Notes: a model not told the origin generated them from the sequence alone. A stretch of DNA of 64,000 bases from Antedon mediterranea (GCF_964355755.1 NC_092675.1:26384912-26448911); one strand, 5' to 3'; positions 10,273 through 22,942 are shown, counted from the first letter of the stretch. Numbers and translations are program-made.

Positions 10273-11333
10273 GGGTGTCACGAAACCTAAGACCACGAAA
10301 GCTAAGACCCCATAAGACCTAAGATCACGAAAGCTAAGACCCAAGACCTAAGATTACAAATATTTATCTTTCGCACCTGCCTTGTATTTTAACTCCAAAC
10401 ATTTATTCTGAATACCACACCTTAGAATTGGCACTTTCATGAAAAAGAATCACAAAAAAAGTAACAAATACATTTTTAAATTGATGATTTTACAGACGTT
10501 TTTCTCGCCTACAGTACAGTAGGCCTACCCCATGTTCAATGTTTTTGTTTCTATGGAACGTCAAAAGAGCAAACATTATATAGAGGGCTGAAAACTCTGT
10601 GGAGTCCATCTACAGTGTGGATGGAACAATGTAAAATTAAAATTGTAATGATAATAGTATAGTCATGCAAGTACTGTACGAAGAAATAAATACTGGCAAA
10701 TAAATTTTAATTTAAAAATCATGATAAGTTTTTTTGTTTCGTTTTTTTTCTGTTTTTATACCTGTACTATTATTGTTGCTCTTTTGGCGCTCCATAGAAA
10801 CAAAAACATTATGCATGGGGAGCTCGAGGAGTTACATTACAGTATACAAAGAAACACATCTGTAAAATCATCAATTTAAAGGATTTATTTATTTGTTATT
10901 ATGTGTTTCTCCTTCTGAAAGTACTTATAAGTCCTAATTTGAAAGTGTGTTGTTCAGGATAAAGTTAGTCAACAAATTTGGAGTCAAAATACAAGAAAGG
11001 CAGGTGCGTAAGAAAAACATCCTCTGAACCAACACAATGGAGTATATATACCAACAAACAACCCGTCAAGTTTGTTTGTTGTAAAGAAAAAATTTACATT
11101 TACTCAACGGGCGAAAATAATGTGAGTTTATCTATGTTTTTTCGGTAGTATTAAATTATATTTATGGTAATAAATTAAACCTACTGTGTTTAAAATTATG
11201 TATGGATAAACAAGTATTGTTTTTAAGCTGTAGTATATCTTAGTATTTGTAATCTTAGGTGTTGGGTCTTAGCTTTCGTGATCTTAGGTCTTAGGGGGTC
11301 TTAGCTTTCGTGGTCTTAGGTTTCGTGACACCC
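10273..11333. mobile_element. Non-autonomous Mutator/MULE-like element
   Basis: ~90-bp TIR GGGTGTCACGAAACCTAAGACCACGAAAGCTAAGACC / GGTCTTAGCTTTCGTGGTCTTAGGTTTCGTGACACCC; perfect 10-bp TSD GGTATCGAAT at 10263-10272 and 11334-11343. Confidence 0.88.
10369..11010. mobile_element. Diverged copy of the 3769-4698 palindromic body inside the MULE-like element
   Basis: Shares TTCGCACCTG, GAATACCACACCTTA, AAATTGATGATTTTACAGAC, TTGCTCTTTTGGCGCTCCATAGAAAC and CAGGTGCG blocks with 3769-4698. Confidence 0.8.
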
Positions 11334-12378
11334 GGTATCGAATATCCCTAACTCACACTCATTTGATTTTTAAAAGGCCAGATGTATATGTTCTGTTTTT
11401 GCAGATTATAGAGTACAGGATGCAAAGTAAACATTTCTGTGTGAAGGTAGACTTAATAGCTTCAATCTCAATTGACATTCATTGTAGCTCCCTCTATAGA
11501 GCTTTCTAAAAGGGTGGGGCAAATGTTAATCATTTGATTACTGCACATACAACACAGGGTCAAATTATTTTAAATTAAATAAAAATAAAATGTATTTAAA
11601 TAATATCAAGATATCTTTTATTATACATTTTAATACACTATTTTATTTATGCTTAATTAAATTTTGCATTTAAATTGTAATTTTGTTAATCTACCGTAAT
11701 CTAGATAATGTTTTTACCTAACTGTAGATATTAATTAATTGTTCTTAAAAAAAAAAAGATATAATATTATATTATATCCGTTAGAGTAATAAATGTAAAA
11801 TCATTAGTTAACACATTTTATAATTATTTGCTTTTACTTTAAATATAGGTTTATAAAAATATTGTATGATTTAATAAATTAAACGTTACAGTGCAAGTTC
11901 CGAACCTACCCTAAAAGGTGGTTCAGCTGCGTCTGCAGTAGGTGTAAATGATGTGTTTCAAACTGGGACTATTTTTATATAACAGGTCACAAAATAAAAT
12001 ATTGGACAAGTTAGCTATCACCAGTACTGTAATTTTTTCTACATCACTATATCGAGCCAATGTACAATTATAGCATTAAGCACTCGTATTGCATTACAAG
12101 TTGGCTTATGTCGCTGTGTCAATGTGCTTACAGTTGACTCATAATGTTATGTCAGGTAATGATGAGCCAGTGTCCTCACTGATTAACATACTGTCCTCAC
12201 TGATTAACATACTGTAATATCAACAACTAGAATTTCCATTTAGCAGAATCAGTAGTAGAATTTCAGAAAGTATCAATGCATTAACATTAATGTTAGTTTT
12301 CCCATGAGATTGAGAATAAAGATGACTTTTTATATTATATCTTTAAAGTTTAATTTTGTTTTTCATATGCATTATGTT

Positions 12379-13450
12379 CAGGCCCGTAGCCAGGGGGGGT
12401 TTTTATGGTTCGGGCGAACCCCCCCTTTACAGCGAACCCCCCTTAACCAACTGCGAACCCCCATCCCCGACATGCCCAATACCTCACCCTCATCTCCAAA
12501 AATCCTCCAAATACGTGCCCCACAGTACAAAAAGTTGTTTGTAAATTGAAAAATTCGTAAACTTGTTCGTGAACCTTCTTCTCTGTATGAGCGTCAACTA
12601 GTGATACGTGTCTGTAAATTTCTAAAAGCTGCAAATGAATTGCCGATTTTAACCTGAAAAATAAATGTTTGGTCCCTGCATGTAACATGATATTGACGCG
12701 TCTCATAGCGAGCTCAGCTGGCGCACGAACGATTCGTACAAAGGACACCGCCAGACAACTGCGTACCTATAATTGTTTAGTAATAATCACTGGCAGTCAG
12801 GCAGCATGCATAAAGTATATAGCCTTCCGACGTACATCAGTATTTATGTGTGACTATGAAGTATAATGTATCATAGAGGATTATAGTGAATATTAATATT
12901 TTACACTATAATATCTATGGTATCAAGTACTGTAGTTCACATTATGGCATCCGATTATTTTTTTCTAGACCACCAGCCGATGCGTACTAAAATGTATCAA
13001 TATCACCTATTTACATATTTATATTCCTCAACAAATTGCTGTAAATAAATATTATAGATAGAGCTAGCAAATAGCATTTGCCTTCACCCAGTGTGATTTT
13101 TTCTGGGCTGCTCCTAGATATACGTTCGCATTGAACTTGAACGCAAAACAAAATACGGAGTAAATGATCAAACAATCGGCGGTTCCGCACAGAGCACGCG
13201 CATCTAACATACGGCAACAAATAGTTATCGTCATTTAAATTATCGACGTGTTTGAGGAGGAGGAAAAAGTATGATCTTTTTGCTCATTGGTTATATAGCA
13301 TGCTGCACGAGAGTGTCTTTTCCGGCCATCTAGGGGTGTCATTTAACAAAATTCGCTTCGCATCAGGCTGGGGGAGTGGGGGGGGGGGTGGGTTTGACCC
13401 AAATATTTAGTGTCCGAACCCCCCCTTGAAAGATCCTGGCTACGGCCCTG
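12379..13450. mobile_element. Non-autonomous hAT-like element with apparent 5-bp TSD
   Basis: TIR CAGGCCCGTAGCCAGG / CCTGGCTACGGCCCTG; subterminal CGAACCCCC repeats at both ends; ATGTT at 12374-12378 and 13451-13455; CpG-rich interior. Confidence 0.82.
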
Positions 13451-14569
13451 ATGTTAGTGTCGTAAGAACATGTCATTCTACTGATCTTTTTTCAAAAACA
13501 TCTTTATATTATAACATATAAATACTGTAGTGTAATTAAAGAAAGTAATTCAAGGCAATGTGTTGCAATTTATTAATTTAGATTTAATGAATTATTAATA
13601 AATATTATTTTGGATGATGAATAAAAGAATTATTGCCGGTAAAAGTACAACTATTTAATATTTGACATTTTGTATTAGATTTCGATGCATCTTTCAGTAC
13701 AACCTTACTTATTTTTTAAATCAGGAGAACATAGGGAATATAGGTCATCAAATTTAATTTGTATACTGTAGCATATAATATGCAGTGGTACAGTGTATCC
13801 AGACAAGGTACTGTCGTTAATTTTCTGCAATTTATTTGGAAATGTTATCATGGAGCTATTAATTATTATATCTCTATGATTTGATCATGAACTTTTTCGA
13901 CCATTTTCTCAAGATACTATTTTGCTATATTAAAGCCTAGTAGTAGTAGGCCTACTGGTTTTTTTTTTTCACAATTACATTTACAATATTTAATAGTATA
14001 CCAAAAGAAGCGAGTGCTTGTCAGTTTGGTTACCATTATTTAAATGTATACGGTATACAACATTCAGCAAAAATTATGTGTAAAAAAGTCAAGGCATTTG
14101 TCGCTCACGACCGGTCAGAACTTTTGGTAGGGCACTCCCCTGTGGGGATACAGGGAAAAATTACCATCTACTTTAATAGTGACGCACATTAGCACTGTAG
14201 AATTTCTGTAGAGTGTACTCTATAATTTCAAGCATGGTACAGTGGGTCTAATTAACAGTTCTTATCAGATATTACAAACAACGTATAGGCCTAGTACAGT
14301 ACTTACATAGGTAAACCTGGCACAAATTATAAATAAACAGTTGGCATAATTCACGAATTTCAATGCAGTAGTTAAAAGAATTGATCCATGAACTATGACC
14401 TGTCTGTAAATGCTCTGTGTCAATTTCAACCTTGCTGTCTCAGCTTGACCCCTGGTTGGAATGATAACATTGCCCTACAGGAGACTATCACATCCCTCAG
14501 CTTACCTTTCTTACTATATAATGTTTTTGAAGAGATAGTTTATTAATAGCGGTAATGTATGTTGATTTA

Positions 14570-14724
14570 CAGACACAGCGCCTGTCATATCTGCTTCGGT
14601 ATTTTGTTAAGTCGACTAGACGTCAGAAGTCTGCGTACAGAGTCAACGGCTTGATGCCATCAATTTTGCTGTAAATATTTGTTTATGTTTGCTGATTGTT
14701 TCCTTGCAATTAATACAAAAATAT
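14570..14724 (+). promoter_or_regulatory. Candidate non-coding alternative first exon
   Basis: Local CpG-containing patch ending in donor aatat|gtaagt at 14725. Inference. Confidence 0.3.
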
Positions 14725-14789
14725 GTAAGTAGAAATAAAAATATTATTATATTATTATTATAAACTCATGGTAAAATTGTTTTACATAT

Positions 14790-16050
14790 ATTTCATTTTA
14801 AACCATGTTGAGTGGGTATTGCAACCTAGTAACTCTGTGTATAAACCATGGTGAGTGGGTTTTACAACCTACTCTACATAAAGTAAACCTAGTAATGGTA
14901 AATAACAGTGAGCTGGTTAGTGTATAAACCACGGTGAGTGGGTTTTGCAACATACTTTACATAAAGTTAACCTAGTATAGTAACTGACCGTGAGCTGGTT
15001 AGTGTATACACCATGGTGAGTGAGTATTGCAACCTAGTAACTCTGTGTATAAACCATAGTGAGTGGGTTTTGCAACCTACTCTACATATAGAGTTAAACC
15101 TAGTATGGTAACTGACGGTGAGCTGGTTAGTGTATACACCATTTTTGTACAACCTACTGTACTCTACATAGAGTAGTAAACCATGGTAAATGATGGTGAG
15201 CTGGTTAGTGTATAAACCGTGGTGAGTGGGTTTTGCAACCTACTCTACATAGCGTTAACCTACAGTAGTATGGTAAATGATGGTGAGCTGGTTAGTGTTT
15301 ACACCATGTTTTGCAACCTATTCTACATAGAGTAGTAACCTAGTAATGGTAAATGATGGTGAGCTGGTTAGTGTATAAACCGTGGCGAGTGGGTTTTGCA
15401 ACCTACTCTACATTGAGTAAGTATTATTTTCAGTAACCTATAGTAATGGTAAATGATGGTGAGCTGGTTAGTGTATAAACCGTGGTGAGTGGGTTTTGCA
15501 ACCTACTCTACATAGCGTTAACCTACAGTAGTATGGTAAATGATGGTGAGCTGGTTATTGTTTACACCATGTTTTGCAACCTATTCTACATAGAGTAGTA
15601 ACCTAGTAATGGTAAATGATGGTGAGCTGGTTAGTGTATAAACCATGGTGAGTAGAGTTTGCAACCCAGTACTGTACATAAACCATGGTGAGCGAGTTTT
15701 TGCAACCTAATGTATTATAGTATAGTAATGGTTAATGATAGTGCCGAGCTGGTTTTGAAACCTATCCGTGATTGTGTATAAACCATGGTGAATGGGGTTT
15801 GCAACCCTGTACTGAACACAAACCATGGTGAGCGAGTTTTCCAACTTATCATAGTAATGGTTGTGATGGTAAGCTGGTTTTAAAACCAGGGGCTGTTACT
15901 GTAAATCATGGTGAGCAGGTTTGCAACTGATGGACTGACTCGACAACCTATTGTAGGGTATAATACTGGTGGGCAGTTTTTGTAACTTACGGTACACAGT
16001 AAACTACATGGTGAGCTGGTTGTACAACCTACTGTATTTTGTAACCATGG
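14790..16050. repeat. Complex degenerate satellite (GTGTATAAACCATGGTGAGTGGGTTTTGCAACCTACTCTACATA / ATGGTAAATGATGGTGAGCTGGTTA)
   Basis: ~40-bp subunits in ~80-bp higher-order units; best conserved at 15170-15650. Confidence 0.9.
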
Positions 16051-16063
16051 TGGGCCTACTTTG

Positions 16064-16408
16064 CGGTTCTCGCCAAAGTTAAGCAACGTTGGGCCCGGCC
16101 GCGTTCTGGATGGAAAGACCATCTGGGAATCGCATTGGTTTCTGTATAAACTGGAGAGTGATGGTGTAATGATTATATCGGACTAGTATGTAATAGGTAT
16201 GGGTTCGAGCCTATCTGTACCATACTGATTACATCCTTTAGGCATCATATACAGTAGTGCACATTGACTAATCAAAACGATTAGGAGATCGTCGCCCGAT
16301 GTGCTGATCTAGTAGACACTGCACTGCTGGCTACTGTGGGTTCATTAAGGGTCTAATCCAAATTTCCTCTGTTTCCAGGTAAGCTTGAGGACCAGAATTA
16401 ATACCTTT
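16064..16408 (+). mobile_element. SINE with 5S rRNA-derived segment followed by tRNA-derived segment and a core
   Basis: AAGTTAAGCAACGTTGGGCCCGG..TGGATGGAAAGACCATCTGGGAAT resembles 5S box A to box C; followed by TGGTGTAATG (16162, A box) and GGTTCGAGCC (16202, B box). Confidence 0.72.
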
Positions 16409-17331
16409 TAAACCATGTGTCTGTTTCAATAACTCTTATCATGTACAGTAGCATAATTTTTATAAATATCCTTTACAATGTCTATATATTTTACAGCATT
16501 ATACAATTGTGTTAGCCTGGAGCATGACTTGTGTAATAGCAAACATTTTACCCTTACCTTTAGCATTTCCGATGAAAGGTTAAGGTATGTTTGCATGTCT
16601 TTTCCTCCTGAATATTCATTTCTCATGAGATTTGTCAGTAAGTAATCAATCTACCAACATACGGTCTAGCTTTACGGTAATTGATCGTAACTACGAGAGT
16701 AAACATAGCCGCGCAGTGTTCAATTTATTGAAACACATTATTCAAAGGAAAAAAAATGTATGAAGACAAAATTAGACAAAAAAATATCCAAGCTTCAACA
16801 ATAAATGTTATGAATGATGAATGAATATGACTGTTTCTGCTTAAACTGTGTCAGTGTACAATAGTATTATTAGGTTTGTATACGATTTCGAAAAAGTTCA
16901 TTTGTCGTAATATGAACAGAGAGCTTATTTTGTAGTCATCATATAATCACCTAATAACAAACCCATTAATCTTGTCAACCGTTCCTCTCGGTCTACAAGG
17001 TGTAAACAGAACCTTGCGTGTTATTAACATTATTGTAAATTGACATTTCATGGGTCCACTGCAAATGTAAGCAATACTAAATGAGATTTTTTAAACTAGT
17101 CATAGTTTAAATGCTCAGTCGAGGCAACCCCTTGGGACATGAGTGTGTAGTACAAAACATAAATTCAGCTCTCTCATTTCTTGTGGCTCCATCGCACAGG
17201 AAATCTGATACTAAGTGATCTCGCATGTTAAACAGTTATAGAATACTGAGGCAGGCATTAGAATGATAGTGTATTAGCAAAGCCTACAGACGAGATACTT
17301 CTTAGTTCTTTAGGTCGCTGTATTATTGGTA

Positions 17332-17400
17332 ATGGGATATCCATGGTTGGCCTTTAAACTACGAGGAAAGAAAAAATCACAAAGTAAAAAAAAACGAAAG
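17332..17400 (+). CDS. Candidate ankyrin alternative first coding exon MGYPWLAFKLRGKKKSQSKKKRK
   Basis: ATG at 17332, 23 codons, consensus donor AAG|GTAAGT at 17401 in phase 0; in frame with acceptors at 41742 and 42346; basic run resembles that preceding SD(A/S)NAS in vertebrate ankyrins. Confidence 0.65.
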
Positions 17401-18406
17401 GTAAGTTTACAATATGTCACCACAATGACATTCAAGTTTATTTATAAAATGTCTTTAAGAATTGTTAATTGATTATTTGTCCATGTTATCGTTAAATTTA
17501 AGATTTTTCTCTTCGGCTAATGTAGTACACCTTGTCATCTGCCATTTAGCAGGTCCGTGACGACAGTCTTCCTACTCCCACTTCTTTATTTAGTGCTTCC
17601 TTATTTAGTTCAGACCATGTATTATTACATATGTTTAAATCTATCTAGCGTAGCTGTCCATTTCCTTCCTCTTGTTTTACCATATATCTTCCTTCCATTA
17701 CAATTGCTAAATACATTAACATTAGTAATGGAGAGTCAATATTTTCAGTTGTCTGGAAAGTCTATTCTATTTTTCAGAATGCATTTTGTATATTATAGAA
17801 TTTTGAATCTTAGAAGTTAACTTAAAAACATTTTATCGCACTGGCGTTAATGTGTTTGTTAAGAGTTACCAAAATAAAAATGAACTCCAAACGGCTGGGT
17901 AAATTTCCCTCGGGGTTAAATATCTCAACAATCATTTTTACTGACCACTGCCTGTGCAATAGAACTCACTATATGCTATACAATTCCAAAGTTACTGTTA
18001 AATTTGCTAAAACTATGGTGAACTAACTGTGTTGTTATCCAAATAGTAAACCTCCCTTTTCAGTGGAACAAGGCTACTTTAATAGCCATTGCTAAATCAA
18101 CTTTTAAAAAGTGGACGCTAAACAAAATTAAGATTGGGTACTGTAGAAATAGAAGGAATAAAATTTACTTTAAAAAATTAAAAATTACTTTTATATTTTG
18201 GACCAGATGGAATAGATTTATTTAGGTATCAACGCAAGCAGCTTAGATACAGTAAACTGTTTTGTGGAATCTGTTCTCTGGATTTTAATGTATAAATTAA
18301 AAGAATTAGTCTTGTGGTAAATCTTTACTTTATTGGCTTCTACCTGTCAGGAAGACTTCGTTAGGATTGACCCCATCAGGGTGTTTGAGTGAAGTCAGAA
18401 TTTTAA

Positions 18407-18880
18407 AGACACTATCGCTACAATTTTTTGATGTTCTGTAAAAATAATGCTTTTTACTTTGAAAAATTCAAACCAAGTCATTTCTGGTCTTAAATGTACG
18501 TTTTTTTATGGTTAAATATAATAAAAATAGAGAAACAATGCAGCACTACTGTACCTAGCTCGTGTCAAATGTCCCCTCATGGACGGTCTTAAAGGGTCTA
18601 GCTTTGCTTAGTTTTGTAGATCTAGCTGGAAAAGAGCTGTAACATTACTAACATACGAACATTGTATGCCAGCTATATGCCTAGTCTGATTTTGTCTAGT
18701 TGCTGCATTTAATTGTCTTTCTGTTTTTTGCAGAATTCAGGGAAAATCTGGTATTTTTGCTGAAAAGTTACGATTTTTCCATATTTTTTTGCCTTTACGA
18801 TTGATCGAAGTAGTGAATTACACAAGAAAAACGAAAATATCAATCATGCTGGTATTTAGAGTGGGCCGCTTAAATTATCT
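18407..18880 (-). mobile_element. Kolobok-like non-autonomous element, truncated; inverted relative of 23057-23638
   Basis: TTAA|AGACAC end; AAACCAAGTCATTTCTGGTCTTAAATGTACG and TAGTTGCTGCATTTAATTGTCTTTCT match the reverse complement of 23380-23625. Confidence 0.7.
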
Positions 18881-20339
18881 AATTCAAATTATATTTCACA
18901 TTTTAACTATTTATACTGCAGATGAAAACATTATCGCAATATGCCTGTATAATGTCTTATGATAATTTGTGCAGAAATAAACCTGATAAAAATCTCAAAA
19001 TGGCTGCAGTTGCTTGCATTTCATTACCATTATTCCTTGATTGTTTAGCATAATTGCTGCATAAGTCATAATTTATAGGACCTGTTCATTAGGGACTTTA
19101 ATCGATAGATAACTGATGGTTAATGCAGCTCATATTTGGTTTCAACATTAATTCGCCATGTATATTATTATATTGCATGTTATTGTTAAGCAAATTCAAC
19201 TGGGCTCTTAAGCTCTGTGTACACCATCAAACTAGTTTGACAAAAAAACTCTGATGTAGAGTACTTTAGGGCTTTAAAGGTGTGTCCTAAAAGCTATCAC
19301 CTATCAACCAACCAACAACGAATTTGAATAGTTATTTGCATATTTTGTCTCCATCAAATAGGAATTACGTAAATATCCCAAGAGATTTAGCATCTATATT
19401 TAATTATGCAATTAACATCAGGTAATTACACTAGAGTCAGTGTGTCCATGCCTTCTTTAAAAGAGGTTTTTAATTACATTTTAGTGTGAATTCTCAAACA
19501 TCGGATGAACAAAATTTATCCATGGTTTATAATTAATTATATTTACCAAGTATTGATTGAAATATTTATGCATTCAGCTTGGTGATTTGTTCTTTAAATT
19601 AATGGTAAATAGTTCATTGTAACAAAGTTTTTATTCTTCTGTAGTAACATTGTCACAAAGCACATTTAATACCATCTACTGTAGGCCTATGGTATACCAT
19701 CAATAATATTTTAAACATTATTGTTTACATAATTTTATTTAGTAAATAAATACATTTTTTTTTAAATTACCGTATGTCATTGTCAGTATTATAAAAAATA
19801 AACAAGTTTATTTATCAGATTCCCCCTTCACATCGCCTAGCAAAACTGTGGAGGGGCTGCTCTGTATTTCTCCAGAATTGTTCAACAAAGTTTGATGTTA
19901 AATAAAGGTGTGTAAGATGATTGAACATTACAACTTTCATATTAATTGTTATCAGATATCCCTAGATAATATACTGTTACGAAGAAAACATTAGAATTCT
20001 GTATTCTACAAAAGATACGGTGGTTACACTCTATAATGACCGTAAAATGTAAGCTTAAGATGATTCCGGAAACACTTGCCGCTAATTTATGGTTGCTGAC
20101 TTAATGTGGATAAATTGTATTGATTTGGCTACCGGTATCGCTTCATAAATATCTCTTAATTAATCATTCAAGCATTCATTGTAGACATAATTGATCAGTG
20201 TTTTTGTAACAGTTACTGTTTTGTTATACCGTATTAGCCACGCTTTACGTAATACCATGGTTGTTTTAATTTAAAACTGGCTGCTTTAGGTTTTGTTTAT
20301 CAAAATGTGTTCTTAAAATTCCCTCTTGAAACCAGACTA

Positions 20340-20678
20340 ATAGAACCCCTCCAATCCCTTCTTTGGACAACCCCTCCTTTGGGACAGTCCCTAATGAGGG
20401 AACACCCGTACTAACACCTTTGAGGAAAACTAATAATTTGACAACCCCTATCTAAGGCTCTGTCTACACTATCAAACTTTATTATTGACAACACGATGTG
20501 ATGTGGCCATATGGACATTATAATGTCATGCCACACTGTATTTGGGTACCGTATATCACTACCATAAATGTGCACATCACACTTTTTTGTCAAACTAGAC
20601 AGATTTTAGGGGACACACCTCATAAAGGGGTACTTTGTTCGGTTCCAAAGGTGTCTCCTTGGTAGGAGTTTTACTGTA
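20340..20678. mobile_element. Tc1/mariner-type MITE remnant with a nested Harbinger-like MITE (~20455-20600)
   Basis: TAGAACCCCTCC start and GGAGTTTTACTG-TA end with GGGGACAC-type subrepeats; insert GCTCTGTCTACACTATCAAAC matches the 62244 family. Confidence 0.55.
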
Positions 20679-20719
20679 TCTTGAAAATGTTTTTGAACAA
20701 GCCCATCAATTGACCGGTT

Positions 20720-21095
20720 TTGAGAGAGTTGATAAAATGTAGTGTAAGAACAATTTTAATTTATTTTTTAATCAACATGGTACAGTGTTCCACTCTATGC
20801 TTATTTGATTGTTATAATATTTGTGTATCTTAAATTGTTTTGGTCTCTATGAAAAAAAATGAAAATCTAATTAATAAATCAACTTGTTTGTCGCATCTTA
20901 TTTGGTTTGCATTCAAATTTGTTTGAGAGAGTTGATAATTTAGTAGTGTAAGAACAATTTTTATTCATTTTTTAATCAACAATCCATGCTTATTTAATTT
21001 TATAATTTGTGTATATCTTGAACTGCTTTATGTCTGTATAAAAAAAATCTAATAACTTGTTTGTCGCATCTTATTTAGTTTGCATTCAAATTTGT
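20720..21095. repeat. Diverged direct tandem duplication (~180-200 bp x2)
   Basis: TGAGAGAGTTGATAA...AACTTGTTTGTCGCATCTTATTTRGTTTGCATTCAAATTTGT occurs twice in tandem. Confidence 0.85.
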
Positions 21096-22562
21096 CATTT
21101 TCATTGTTCCCATGTCATGGGTCATTTGTTGTCATTGTTATCTAATACCATTGATTTGTCAACAAGTCTGCTCATCCAATCATTAGCCTGGATAAGCCCC
21201 TGTATTGTCCAATAGTGGATAAGCTAGACCCCCAAGGCAACTTTCTGTCTTCTCTGAGGATTATTCAAGGCTGTACACCTATGTATGTTTGCTGTGGGTA
21301 ATTGCAGTCTGTCTGGTGATTGGATCTATCTGGTGCTATAAACTAAAAATTCTGTAGATATATACTTCTTTTAAGGTAATTTAATTATTTAATCATATTT
21401 AAAATACACATATATTTGGTATAGTTTACACCAGGCACATTTTTGGTCATGTATTGTTGTAGTGAATAAGAGAGTTTTAAGAAACAGTCAGGTGGCAATT
21501 TAGATAAATTGAGAGTCAACTGGATTTATCTCAGAAGCAAGGCATTTCAAGTTTGGAGATTAATATGACGATAGACACTGGTTACTGTATGCTTTGTAAT
21601 TATATGATGATATTATTAAATTTATTCACCAATACAGATCATTCATCCTAATGTTATTGTTATTGTACAAGAATATGTTAAACATGATGTTTGGCATGCC
21701 TTATTGCTAATCATACAAACTAATGTAATTTTTGCATTAATTTTTCCATGATATACTTTATGCTTCTAGGATAATTTTAATGTCCATCCTTACTACTATA
21801 TTTAGCAAAGGTCATGTTGGTGCAGTTATTACCCACCCTCTGGCTGGTATAATTCCCCAGTTGATTATTTTTAACATTGTCTGGAACTTTGTGTTCTACA
21901 GGTAATGACTTTTACTTTTTAGTAGGTATACAGTACAGTATACCATTCGTCCATATTTTTTATTAAAATTGACAATCCTTTTAGCCTACTCCTATATACT
22001 ATCTTTTATTTATTAATATTATACTAATTGTAAAACCGTTCAACCAAGTTTAATTAAAAGTATAGTGGTAAACATAATTTAAGTCAGCTGTCACCATACT
22101 CCATCATGGTCCCAATATATTTAATCATACGCATCATTTATTCCATTTTATTCATCAGTTAAAATATATAAAATATACACTAAAGTTAATAGTGTATTTT
22201 CTATGTCATACCATTCAACTGTTACATTTAGGTATCGATTACAGTAACTGTACTGTGAATTATTGATACTGTAGCTTATACCCATCCCACCTCCCTCCGA
22301 CTTCAAGTCATGATGGCCGGTAATTGCTGTACAGTATGTTGTATGTTATTCAGACGGTTCAAAGAAAGTTAAAAGCCAATTTTTGTCAACAATTGCCATT
22401 CTAATACAATATTATGATAGCCTAAAACACTTTAGTGAAATTTTAAAGGTGCCCTTGCGCGAACAGCGCAAACATCTTCGCCAATGGTTTGAGAGAGGAA
22501 ACAGTTAAGTGTTCAGCTAAGAACAGTAGAACCCTATGAAAGGACCCATCAAAGTGTCCTTC

Positions 22563-22942
22563 TTAAAAGGAGTGTCCATTTAAAAGGAGTGTCCATTTAA
22601 AAGGAGTGTCCATTTAAAAGGAGTGTCCGTTTAAAAGGAGTGTCCGTTTAAAAGGAGTGTCCGTTTAAAAGGAGTGTCCGTTTAAAAGGAGTGTCCGTTT
22701 AAAAGGAGTGTCCGTTTAAAAGGAGTGTCCGTTTAAAAGGAGTGTCCGTTTAAAAGGAGTGTCCGTTTAAAAGGAGTGTCCGTTTAAAAGGAGTTGGCCA
22801 TTTAAAAGGAGTTGGCCATTTAAAAGGAGTTGGCCATTTAAAAGGAGTTGGCCATTTAAAAGGAGTTGGCCATTTAAAAGGAGTTGGCCATTTAAAAGGA
22901 GTGTCCGTTTAAAAGGAGTGTCCATTTAAAAGGAGTTGGCCA
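22563..22942. repeat. Near-perfect 17/18-bp minisatellite, about 22 units
   Basis: TTTAAAAGGAGTGTCC(A/G) x n, with a block of TTTAAAAGGAGTTGGCCA variants. Confidence 0.95.

Noticed and set aside
12170-12213. 21-bp tandem duplication (similar ones at ~25614-25664 and ~39923-39953)
   Set aside because: Ordinary local slippage duplications with no further structure.
12304-13220. Cluster of overlapping short ORFs
   Set aside because: Inside a GC-richer non-autonomous hAT-like element; no transposase motifs.
14790-16050. Possible CRISPR-like repeat/spacer array
   Set aside because: The apparent spacers are themselves repeated variants; it is a satellite.
16064-16222. Functional 5S rRNA or tRNA gene
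   Set aside because: 5' part of 5S is absent, many substitutions, no convincing cloverleaf; better explained as a SINE head.
22563-22942. Possible CRISPR array
   Set aside because: Head-to-tail units with no unique spacers, no cas genes, eukaryotic intron context.
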